DNA of 55,871 nucleotides from Firmicutes bacterium UBA5324. Lineage in GTDB: Bacteria; Bacillota; Negativicutes; UBA11029. Made by a program: the position numbers and the translations under genes. The stretch lies in NCBI GenBank assembly GCA_002411145.1, contig DHRA01000012.1, forward strand, positions 39,883 through 95,753, read 5' to 3'. The notes beneath the pieces were generated by a model. It was not told the origin of the DNA. It saw only the letters and a list, made by a program, of their open reading frames with translations, and made no database searches. Shown in pieces: positions 30,421 through 38,549 of the stretch. Position 1 is the first letter of the stretch. Each line of letters opens with the position of its first letter.

Positions 30421-32739
30421 ATGGAGACAAAAAAGAAATGGCAAATTCCCGCACCTATCCGTATTCCGCCGGAGCTGATTGCGGCGGCGGGGGATGCGGT
30501 GGTCGGGGAAATACTGTACCGGCGCGGGTATACGACGGTCGACCGGATTGAGGATTTTTTACAAAAGACCTATACGGTCTGTGACTTTGCGGGGCATGAG
30601 CTGCTGATTCCTCTGGTGGGGCGGATTGAACAGGCTGTGGCGGCGCAGGAGAAAATCACCGTTTACGGCGACTACGATGTGGACGGTATTACGTCCACAG
30701 CATTATGGATCCAGACTTTGCGCTGCCTGGGGGCGCAGGTGTCCTATCACGTACCGCATCGTTTCGATGAAGGCTACGGGATTAATGCCGATGTCATACG
30801 CGCATTGGCCGCAGCCGGGACCAGGCTCATCATCACCTGTGACTGCGGGATAAGCAATGCCGCGGAAATTGAAGAGGCAAGGGCCCTGGGTATTGATGTG
30901 CTGGTCACCGATCATCATGAATTGCCTGCCAGGCTGCCTGCTGTGCCCATGTTTAATCCCAAAATGCTGCCGCCTGACCACCCGGCTTTCATGTTGCCCG
31001 GTGTGGGCGCAAGTTTTATTGTGGCTAAAGAACTGCTGCGGCGGGCGGGGAAGGAAGCCTTGGCAGACGGATTACTGGACCTGCTGGTTCTGGGGATTAT
31101 GGCTGATGTTGTTCCTTTGACCAAAGACAACCGCTGGTATCTGAAAAAGGGGCTGCCCCGTCTGCTGGCTTCCGAGCGCCCGGGCCTGAAGGCATTGTTG
31201 GGGCTGGCCCGGATTCATCCCGTCTACGGTACCGAAGAGGATATTGCTTTTCAGGTAATCCCTCGTTTAAATGCCGCGGGGCGGTTGGATTCGGCTTCGT
31301 TGGCGGTTGAACTGATGCTGACCTCCGACCTGCCCACGGCGGAGAAACTGGCCGCGGAACTAAATAGACTGAACGAAATCCGCAAAGTGCTTTGTGAGGG
31401 AATGCTGCGGGAAGCTGCGGGACAATTACAGGAGCAGGGCGATGTAGCAGCCATTGTTTTATATAAAGACGATTGGCATGAGGGCGTAATGGGGATTGTG
31501 GCGGGGCGTTTGGCCGAGCAGTTTGCGACGCCCGCGCTGCTCATGACCCGTAAGGAAAATGGCCTCATCACCGGCTCCGCCCGGTCCGGGGGGACCATAA
31601 ATATCTTCCAGGTATTGCTGGCCTGTCAGGATTTACTGGTGAAATTCGGCGGGCACGAGGGGGCTGCCGGGTTTGCTTTACAAGCGGAGAATCTGGCCCG
31701 GTTCAGGGAGAGAGTTATCCGGACAGTCAGGGAAACCGCGTCGGGAGAAGAAGAAGCGCAAATAGTCGATGCGGTCTTGTGCCCGTCCCAGGTTAATCTG
31801 GATTTTTATAAGCGGGTGAGGGAGATAGGGCCTTTTGGTGCGGGAAATCCTGCACCGGTGTTCTGCCTTGACGGGGAACTTATCAGCAATCAACTGCTTA
31901 AAACAGGCTCCGCCCATCGCCGCCTGCGTTTTGCCGGAAATGGCCATACGGCTGAGGCTGTTTGGTGGCATAGCGGGCAAACCGTAGTTGACGGAAGTGA
32001 GCGGTTTTTTGCAAAATTGCGGCTGAATGTGTATCGGGATAATGTCAGTCTGCAACTGGATATTCAGGATGCTATCGCAACAGCATCCTGCCAGCAACTG
32101 TCCCCCGTCGGCCAACTGATAGATATGCGCGGGCGGGACGGAGACGAATTGGAGGCCTTGTTTCCGCAAGCGCTTTTTTTCGGCGAAGGAGTGATGCAAA
32201 ATGGTGTGTCGCGGCTGGCAGTGTCGCTCTGCGACACGCTGGTCATGCTGACCGTTCCCCCCAGTGGGGCTATCTGGGGGGAAATTCTCCGGAAAGTCGC
32301 CCCGCGCCGGATTGTTTTGGCCTGGAAGACGGAAAAAAATGAAGAACGGGAGCTGCTTGTCCACGCCTGGCAACAACTGCGGGGCATAATTAAATATGCT
32401 TTACGCATGTATAAGGGCGTGATAACTCCCCGGCGCGCGGCCGCGCGGCTGGGTTGGACCGGGGAAATGGTCACCGCCGGGCTGCAGGCTTTGGCGGACG
32501 TGGGCCTTATTCAGATAGCACCCCTTGCTGATGATAAGCTGAGGCTGTCTTTCTGCCCTGAGGAATTGCCGAATTTGCGCAATCTCCGGGTTTGTCGCTA
32601 TTTTTCGAAAATGTACATTGATATGGAAGCGTATCGTGATTACGTGAAAGTATTACCGGTAAATAAAATAACGGAAGAACTGGAGAGTTATTTGCATGGC
32701 AGCCGGGAGGAAAGAGAAGCGGCATGGCCCCCGGGCTGA
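30421..32739 (+). CDS. recJ: Single-stranded-DNA-specific 5'-3' exonuclease RecJ (DHH/DHHA1)
   Basis: 773 aa from ATG 30421, 1 nt after the nuclease stop. Motifs VYGDYDVDGITS, CDCG, VTDHH, GIMADVVPL and the DHHA1 motif GGHEGAAGF. The ORF-track start 30247 lies inside the previous gene. Confidence 0.85.
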   Translation: METKKKWQIPAPIRIPPELIAAAGDAVVGEILYRRGYTTVDRIEDFLQKTYTVCDFAGHELLIPLVGRIEQAVAAQEKITVYGDYDVDGITSTALWIQTLRCLGAQVSYHVPHRFDEGYGINADVIRALAAAGTRLIITCDCGISNAAEIEEARALGIDVLVTDHHELPARLPAVPMFNPKMLPPDHPAFMLPGVGASFIVAKELLRRAGKEALADGLLDLLVLGIMADVVPLTKDNRWYLKKGLPRLLASERPGLKALLGLARIHPVYGTEEDIAFQVIPRLNAAGRLDSASLAVELMLTSDLPTAEKLAAELNRLNEIRKVLCEGMLREAAGQLQEQGDVAAIVLYKDDWHEGVMGIVAGRLAEQFATPALLMTRKENGLITGSARSGGTINIFQVLLACQDLLVKFGGHEGAAGFALQAENLARFRERVIRTVRETASGEEEAQIVDAVLCPSQVNLDFYKRVREIGPFGAGNPAPVFCLDGELISNQLLKTGSAHRRLRFAGNGHTAEAVWWHSGQTVVDGSERFFAKLRLNVYRDNVSLQLDIQDAIATASCQQLSPVGQLIDMRGRDGDELEALFPQALFFGEGVMQNGVSRLAVSLCDTLVMLTVPPSGAIWGEILRKVAPRRIVLAWKTEKNEERELLVHAWQQLRGIIKYALRMYKGVITPRRAAARLGWTGEMVTAGLQALADVGLIQIAPLADDKLRLSFCPEELPNLRNLRVCRYFSKMYIDMEAYRDYVKVLPVNKITEELESYLHGSREEREAAWPPG

Positions 32740-32817
32740 TTTGGGGGCGGTGCACAGGGTAAAGATTACGTCAAATAGGCCACCTTCCGCATATTGTAGT
32801 AATATGGAGGTGGAATT

Positions 32818-33105
32818 ATGTTTGAAGTGGGCGATGCCGTGCTGCTGCCTCCTGAATTCGGCAGGGAAAAGAAAGGTGTTCTTGCGCGCAAAGAGCCGGA
32901 TGGATACTGGTTGGTGCAAATAGGTACAGCAGGCTATAAGTTCATGCCGGAGAAGGATTTACGGCCCCTTGGCAAGGTCGCCAAATGCTGGCGCTGCGGC
33001 GCCCAATTTACCCCTGACGACCGCGGGGAAAAAATGTCCGTCTGTCCGGTATGCGGAGCATGGGACCGCAGGAAACACCGGGCGAAGGATACGCCTGACT
33101 CTTAA
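32818..33105 (+). CDS. Hypothetical zinc-ribbon protein (95 aa)
   Basis: Strong GGAGGTGG RBS. The C-terminal half carries CWRC...CPVC, and the N-terminal half looks SH3/KOW-like (GDAVLL...). Confidence 0.55.
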   Translation: MFEVGDAVLLPPEFGREKKGVLARKEPDGYWLVQIGTAGYKFMPEKDLRPLGKVAKCWRCGAQFTPDDRGEKMSVCPVCGAWDRRKHRAKDTPDS

Positions 33106-33554
33106 AAAAGAGCTTTACCGGTCCTGGCCGGTAGCCTGTCAGGTTTGATTTTACAGTCGGCAAAAAGCTTTGTATCACCGTGTTTCGGTTGTATATGCCG
33201 ACCAGAGGGAACCTGATGGGCTGCCATGGGTCAGGTCACCTTGGCTTTTTGCCGCCCAGGGGATTTTACCGTGGCGGGAAATTAACGGGCGGGCAGTGGT
33301 TCTTTATCCGGTAATTAGCAGAATAAAGGCGCTTTGAAAAAATATTTTCGCCAAAATGAAAATTAAAACTTGTAAAATAAATGTTTTTTGTTAATATGTA
33401 TGATAGTAGAAAAAATGAAGCGGGATTTTTTAATTCTTTTTTCGAGAGAATGTTGTATAATTTATTTTAAACGACATTACGCAGTTCTTTATTTTATGTT
33501 GTAAAGCAGGAGCAGTTTACAGCAAAAAATAAAATATAAAGTAAGGAGAATGCA

Positions 33555-34382
33555 ATGGAAATAAAACAGATTAAAAAGCTAAAATTATACGGCTTCAATA
33601 ATTTAACGAAAACACTTAGTTTTAATATGTATGATATATGCTACGCAAAAACGCCGGAACACAGAAACGCTTATATTGAGTATATTGATGATCAATATAA
33701 CGCCGACAGGCTGACAGATATATTAACCAAGGTATCAAATATTATCGGCGCAAACATTCTTAATATCGCCAAACAGGATTATGATCCCCAGGGAGCCAGT
33801 GTTACAATGCTGATTTCTGAGGGTACGGTGTTAAGTGAGCAAGCCGGCGAACTGGAATTGTCCAACGGCGATGAACAACCCGGTCCCTTGCCTGACGGCG
33901 TGGTCTGTCATTTGGACAAAAGCCATATTACGGTGCATACCTATCCGGAAAGCCATCCGCATGACGGCATTAGTACGTTTCGCGCGGATATTGACGTTTC
34001 TACCTGCGGTTTAATTTCACCGCTCAAAGCATTAAATTTCCTGCTGCACAGTTTTAACTCCGACATTGTGACCATAGACTACCGTGTAAGAGGTTTTACA
34101 CGGGATGTTGACGGCAAGAAATATTTTATTGATCATAAGATAAATTCCATTCAAAACTATATTGGCAGTCAAATGCGTGATTTATATCAAATGATAGATG
34201 TAAATGTTTATCAAGAACATATTTTCCATACTAAAATGCTCTTAAAAGAATTTGATCTGGACAACTACTTGTTTGGTACGGGCAAGAAGGACCTGATGCC
34301 CGGTGAAAAGAAAAAGATCAAACAGCGCCTGAAAAAAGAAATGGCCGAAATATTTTACGGCAGAAACATTCCCAGGGTCTAG
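33555..34382 (+). CDS. speD: S-adenosylmethionine decarboxylase proenzyme, enterobacterial (E. coli SpeD) type
   Basis: Colinear with E. coli SpeD as recalled: [26 protein letters not shown], the self-cleavage site HLDK|[10 protein letters not shown], and [21 protein letters not shown]. Confidence 0.88.
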   Translation: MEIKQIKKLKLYGFNNLTKTLSFNMYDICYAKTPEHRNAYIEYIDDQYNADRLTDILTKVSNIIGANILNIAKQDYDPQGASVTMLISEGTVLSEQAGELELSNGDEQPGPLPDGVVCHLDKSHITVHTYPESHPHDGISTFRADIDVSTCGLISPLKALNFLLHSFNSDIVTIDYRVRGFTRDVDGKKYFIDHKINSIQNYIGSQMRDLYQMIDVNVYQEHIFHTKMLLKEFDLDNYLFGTGKKDLMPGEKKKIKQRLKKEMAEIFYGRNIPRV

Positions 34383-34394
34383 GCGTTAAGTAAA

Positions 34395-34429
34395 GGGGAA
34401 CGTATGGCTTAACTGCGTTTCTCTTTTTT
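34395..34429 (+). terminator. Possible intrinsic terminator after speD
   Basis: GGGGAACG / CGTTTCTC stem (2 G-U pairs) followed by T6. A competing GTTAAG/CTTAAC pairing overlaps it. Confidence 0.35.
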
Positions 34430-34508
34430 GGTCTATCTGCACGGCGCAGCGCGACAGACAACATAGTTTCTTATCGGCTGGCGACGGTGCCCGGACCGTC
34501 CTTGGCCG

Positions 34509-35426
34509 ATGAACAAAATACGGGGAGGGTTGCTTATTAATTTTCAGCCGGTACGATTAGAAGATAAGGAACTATTGAACGCCTATTTGCAGGAACGGCG
34601 TTATGAGGGATCCGAGTGTAACTTTACAAATTTCTTTATGTGGCAGAAACCCTATCGCATTGAATGGGCACTCAGCCATAACTGTTTGTGTATAAAAGCA
34701 TCCCATCGCGGTTTAACCTATATGTTGGCGCCCTTTGGCCGGGAAGAGCAGTATGAGGCGGCACTTGCGGAAATGCAAAGCTATTTTCAGCGACAGGGTC
34801 TGCCCTTTTTGCTAAAACTGGTGACCCGTGGGACAGCGGAAGTGTTGGCGCAATTGAAACCGGGAGCTTTTGTTTTCCGGGAAGACCGTGATAATTACGA
34901 CTATGTATACCGGGCGATAGATTTATGCGAGCTTAAGGGGCGTAATTACCACCGTAAAAGAAACCATATCAAAAAGTTCATGGAAGCCTATCCGGACTTC
35001 GAGTATCGTCCGCTTACGGCGGACCTGGTGCAGGCCTGCATAGAAAACGAACTTGAATGGTGTGAGAAACGGGAATGTGATGAGGACCCGAGTCTTCGGT
35101 GCGAGAAATTTGCGGTCATGGAGGCTCTGGAAAATTTTTCCGCTCTGGATTATACCGGCGGATTAGTATTGATCAATGGAAAGGTTGAGGCTTTTACTTT
35201 AGGTGAACAGCTGAACAATGATACGGCGGTTATTCATGTGGAAAAGGCAAATCCCGATATCAGGGGGATTTATAATGTTATTAACCAGCAGTATTGCCGG
35301 CAGAACTGGCGGGAAATGGCCTATATCAACCGGGAGGAGGATATGGGTATAGCAGGTTTGCGGATGGCGAAGGAAGCCTATTATCCGGTCATGATGATTG
35401 AGAAGTATGATATTACCCTTCGTTAA
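34509..35426 (+). CDS. DUF2156 domain protein (stand-alone homolog of the MprF/LysX C-terminal aminoacyl-transfer domain)
   Basis: Pattern ECNFTNFFMWQKPY..., about 300 aa with a double GNAT-like layout. The start codon is uncertain because no clear RBS precedes ATG 34509. Confidence 0.6.
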   Translation: MNKIRGGLLINFQPVRLEDKELLNAYLQERRYEGSECNFTNFFMWQKPYRIEWALSHNCLCIKASHRGLTYMLAPFGREEQYEAALAEMQSYFQRQGLPFLLKLVTRGTAEVLAQLKPGAFVFREDRDNYDYVYRAIDLCELKGRNYHRKRNHIKKFMEAYPDFEYRPLTADLVQACIENELEWCEKRECDEDPSLRCEKFAVMEALENFSALDYTGGLVLINGKVEAFTLGEQLNNDTAVIHVEKANPDIRGIYNVINQQYCRQNWREMAYINREEDMGIAGLRMAKEAYYPVMMIEKYDITLR

Positions 35427-35501
35427 GCTGTTTTTTTGCCGGCCATTTGTTTTTTCAAACTCCACCTGAATTAAGTCTCACTTTATGCAAGGAGAGTTCC
35501 G

Positions 35502-36368
35502 ATGGCCGAAAAAATGAAACCGGTCATTTCCGTTTCGCGCAGAACGGATATACCTGCTTTTTATTACGATTGGCTGCAAACAAGCCTAAAAAACGGCTCG
35601 GTAGAAGTACCGAATCCCCGGTTTTTAAAAAACACGTATGTGGTGGATCTCCAGCCTGAAAACGTCCATAGTCTGGTACTGTGGAGCAAGGATTTTCGCC
35701 GGGTGGCAAAGGAACCGGGGCTGCTTGCCAATTATAACTTATATTTTCAATACACCATAAACAACTATGCCCGGTTGTTTGAACCGGGCGTTCCCCCCTA
35801 TGCCGAGACAAGAAAAATCCTGGGGGAGATGCTGCGCAAATACCGTCCCGCACAGTTTAATATCCGGTTCGATCCGGTGATTATCTCCAATGCGGGAGAG
35901 CGGTCTCCTGTCCCGGAAAAACCGGGCCTGGCGCGTTTGCGCTGCTTTGAAAACCTTTGCAGGGACTTGCGCTCCCTGGGGATGCAGGGCTGCAGGATTT
36001 CCACATCCTATATTGCTTTATATCGCCATGTTAAGCGGCGGCTGGCCGGGGCCCAAATCCATTTTTATCACCTGGAGGAAGATGCGCTGCTGTTGTTCTT
36101 TGCAAAAATGGCGGAGATCGCGGACCAATATGGCTTTCCTTTAGCCTGCTGTTCATCTCCGCTTTTGCAGCAGGTTCCCGCTTTACAAAAGGGAAGCTGT
36201 ATTGATGGTCCGCTGCTGGAAAGTATGTTCGGCGGCCGGGTGTCAAAGGCGAAGGACTGCGGGCAGCGCAGGGACTGCGGCTGCACGAAGAGCTTGGATA
36301 TTGGGAGTTATCGTCAAAAATGCGGATTCGGCTGTTTATATTGTTATACGGCTGCTATAGCCCGCTAG
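35502..36368 (+). CDS. DUF1848 domain protein
   Basis: N-terminus ISVSRRTDIPAFYYDWL and C-terminal Cys cluster CGCTKSLDIGSYRQKCGFGCLYCY. AAGGAG RBS. Confidence 0.65.
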   Translation: MAEKMKPVISVSRRTDIPAFYYDWLQTSLKNGSVEVPNPRFLKNTYVVDLQPENVHSLVLWSKDFRRVAKEPGLLANYNLYFQYTINNYARLFEPGVPPYAETRKILGEMLRKYRPAQFNIRFDPVIISNAGERSPVPEKPGLARLRCFENLCRDLRSLGMQGCRISTSYIALYRHVKRRLAGAQIHFYHLEEDALLLFFAKMAEIADQYGFPLACCSSPLLQQVPALQKGSCIDGPLLESMFGGRVSKAKDCGQRRDCGCTKSLDIGSYRQKCGFGCLYCYTAAIAR

Positions 36369-36497
36369 CAGTGATAAATACATATTTTTGACGAAAAAAA
36401 GGAATATGCCTGAAAAAAGCGAAGTAAATGAAAGCCTGACGCATGGAAACTATGAAATTCGGCGAATAATATCATTGCAAAAGGTGGTGCTGAAATA

Positions 36498-37376
36498 TTG
36501 CTGAAGAGTATGACCGGATTTGGCCGTGGTGAATATAAAGATAATAGCCATCATATTACCGTGGAAATGCGGGCGGTAAATCATCGCTATACAGAAGTTG
36601 TTTTCCGCATGCCCCGTGCTCTCTGTTCCCTGGAGGACCGGGCGCGCCGGTTAATTCTTTCGGCGGTTTTCCGGGGCCGGGTTGATGTAACCGTTACGGT
36701 GGAAGAATTCGGTGAACAGACACGGACGGTAAACGTCGACAGGGAGCTGGCGCTGGCTTACTATAATGCCTTAAAGGAATTAAAAGCCCTTTTCCAAACG
36801 CAGGAAAATATCAGTGTATCTTTAATTGCCAAATATCCGGATGTGATGAAAGTTGAAGAAGTGACCACAGACCTGGAGGAGTTTTGGCCCAAAATGGAAA
36901 CTGCGGTAAAGGCCGCGCTTGAATCGCTGCTGGCGATGCGGAAGCGGGAAGGTGAGGCCATCCGGCGGGATATGCTGATGCGGCTGGATTTGATGGCCGG
37001 TTATATAAAGCAGATAGAAGAGCGGGCGCCGGAAGTGATGAAAGACTACAGGGATAAGCTGCTGGGACGGATCAGGGAAGCGATGTCTGCCACGGAAATT
37101 GATGAAAACCGGCTGCTGCTGGAAATAGCTTTATTTGCTGACCGGACGAACATTACCGAGGAACTGGTCCGCTTTCAAAGCCATTTGGGACAGTTCCGCG
37201 ATACCGTACATAAAGCCGATGCAATTGGCAGAAAGCTTGATTTCATCGTGCAGGAACTGAATCGCGAAGTTAATACTATCGGTTCAAAAGCCAATGACTT
37301 TTCAATTGCCAACAAAGTGGTGGAAATAAAGAGTGAGTTGGAAAAGATCAGAGAACAGATCCAGAATCTTGAGTAA
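36498..37376 (+). CDS. yicC: YicC family stress-induced endoribonuclease
   Basis: N-terminus [11 protein letters not shown] and C-terminal DUF1732 motif [20 protein letters not shown] start. Confidence 0.85.
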   Translation: MLKSMTGFGRGEYKDNSHHITVEMRAVNHRYTEVVFRMPRALCSLEDRARRLILSAVFRGRVDVTVTVEEFGEQTRTVNVDRELALAYYNALKELKALFQTQENISVSLIAKYPDVMKVEEVTTDLEEFWPKMETAVKAALESLLAMRKREGEAIRRDMLMRLDLMAGYIKQIEERAPEVMKDYRDKLLGRIREAMSATEIDENRLLLEIALFADRTNITEELVRFQSHLGQFRDTVHKADAIGRKLDFIVQELNREVNTIGSKANDFSIANKVVEIKSELEKIREQIQNLE

Positions 37377-37405
37377 AGGCAAAATCGAACATAGGAGGTT
37401 TCTTT

Positions 37406-37678
37406 ATGGATATTAAATTAATCAATATCGGGTTTGGCAACATAGTTTCCGCCAATCGTATCGTGGCTATCGTAAGCCCGGAATCCGCACCTATTAAACG
37501 CATCATTCAAGAAGCCCGGGACCGGGGCATGCTGATTGATGCCACTTATGGCCGCAGGACACGGGCCGTAATTATTGCCGACAGCGACCATGTAATTTTG
37601 TCCGCAGTACAGCCGGAAACAGTGGCCCATCGCTTATCCAGTAAAGAAACGAATGATGAGGCGGGAGAGAAGGAATAA
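37406..37678 (+). CDS. remA: Extracellular matrix/biofilm regulator RemA (DUF370)
   Basis: [53 protein letters not shown] is highly characteristic of RemA. Confidence 0.88.
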   Translation: MDIKLINIGFGNIVSANRIVAIVSPESAPIKRIIQEARDRGMLIDATYGRRTRAVIIADSDHVILSAVQPETVAHRLSSKETNDEAGEKE

Positions 37679-37697
37679 TTGAAAGGGGATCATGCGT

Positions 37698-38315
37698 ATG
37701 ACACAAGAAGGAATTCTTGTTGTCCTCTCTGGCCCTTCAGGAACAGGTAAAGGGACAGTTTGTAAAGAACTGTTGCACCATTGTCCCCGCCTGTATTATT
37801 CCATTTCTGCGACAACACGCCAGCCCCGTTTGGGAGAAGTCGACGGGGTTAATTACCATTTCGTGGCCCGTGGCCAATTCCGTGAAATGGTAGAGCAGGA
37901 TCAACTGTTGGAATGGGCAGAGGTTTATGGCAACTATTACGGTACGCCGCGCAAATATGTGGAGGCACAATTGCGGGAAGGCAAGGATGTAGTACTGGAA
38001 ATCGATACCCAGGGTGCAATGAAGGTTAAAGAGAAATTTCCCCGCGGCGTTTTTATTTTCTTACTGCCTCCTTCGCTCGACGAACTGGCGTCGCGTATCT
38101 GGAAAAGGGGTACTGATTCCCCGGATGCGATCAAACGCAGGCTTAATTCTGTAAATGAGGAATTCCAACAAATAGAGAATTATGAATACGTTGTTGTCAA
38201 CGACAATGTTCAGCAAGCGGTGAAAAAGATCAAGGCGATTATTGCTGCCGAAAAATGCCGTGTGGTCCGTAGCCGGCAGATGATTGGCTCAATCTGTTCA
38301 ATGCAGAATATGTAA
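37698..38315 (+). CDS. gmk: Guanylate kinase
   Basis: P-loop SGPSGTGKGT and the YHFV/EWAEVYGNYYGT motif. ATG 37698 has better RBS spacing than ATG 37692. Confidence 0.9.
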   Translation: MTQEGILVVLSGPSGTGKGTVCKELLHHCPRLYYSISATTRQPRLGEVDGVNYHFVARGQFREMVEQDQLLEWAEVYGNYYGTPRKYVEAQLREGKDVVLEIDTQGAMKVKEKFPRGVFIFLLPPSLDELASRIWKRGTDSPDAIKRRLNSVNEEFQQIENYEYVVVNDNVQQAVKKIKAIIAAEKCRVVRSRQMIGSICSMQNM

Positions 38316-38327
38316 GGAGGAAATCAT

Positions 38328-38534
38328 GTGATCCAACCATCTTTGGATGTATTAGTGAAAAAAGTTGACAGCAAATATACCCTGGTAGTGGCGGCGGCCA
38401 AACGCGCCCGGGAAATTATGGACGGTGATTCGCCCATGGTGGAGATCCGTTCCAATAAACCCGTTACCGTGGCTTTGCAGGAAATAGCCGATGGCAAACT
38501 TGGCTACGAGCGTACGAAGGCGGGCATCAAATAA
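38328..38534 (+). CDS. rpoZ: DNA-directed RNA polymerase subunit omega
   Basis: 68 aa. PSLDVLVKKVDSKYTLVVAAAKRARE motif. GTG start behind AGGAGG. Confidence 0.88.
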   Translation: MIQPSLDVLVKKVDSKYTLVVAAAKRAREIMDGDSPMVEIRSNKPVTVALQEIADGKLGYERTKAGIK

Positions 38535-38549
38535 CGCGGAGGAGTCGGA

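Noticed and set aside
31678-32376. 232-aa minus-strand ORF inside recJ (a similar 210-aa ORF lies at 43033..43665 inside priA)
   Set aside because: Antisense to genes with clear catalytic motifs. The composition is Arg/Pro-rich and no family was recognised.
23900-36400. Genomic island / mobile element spanning the accessory-looking genes
   Set aside because: No integrase, transposase, tRNA attachment site or flanking direct repeats were seen. Only the speD patch shows an obvious compositional shift.
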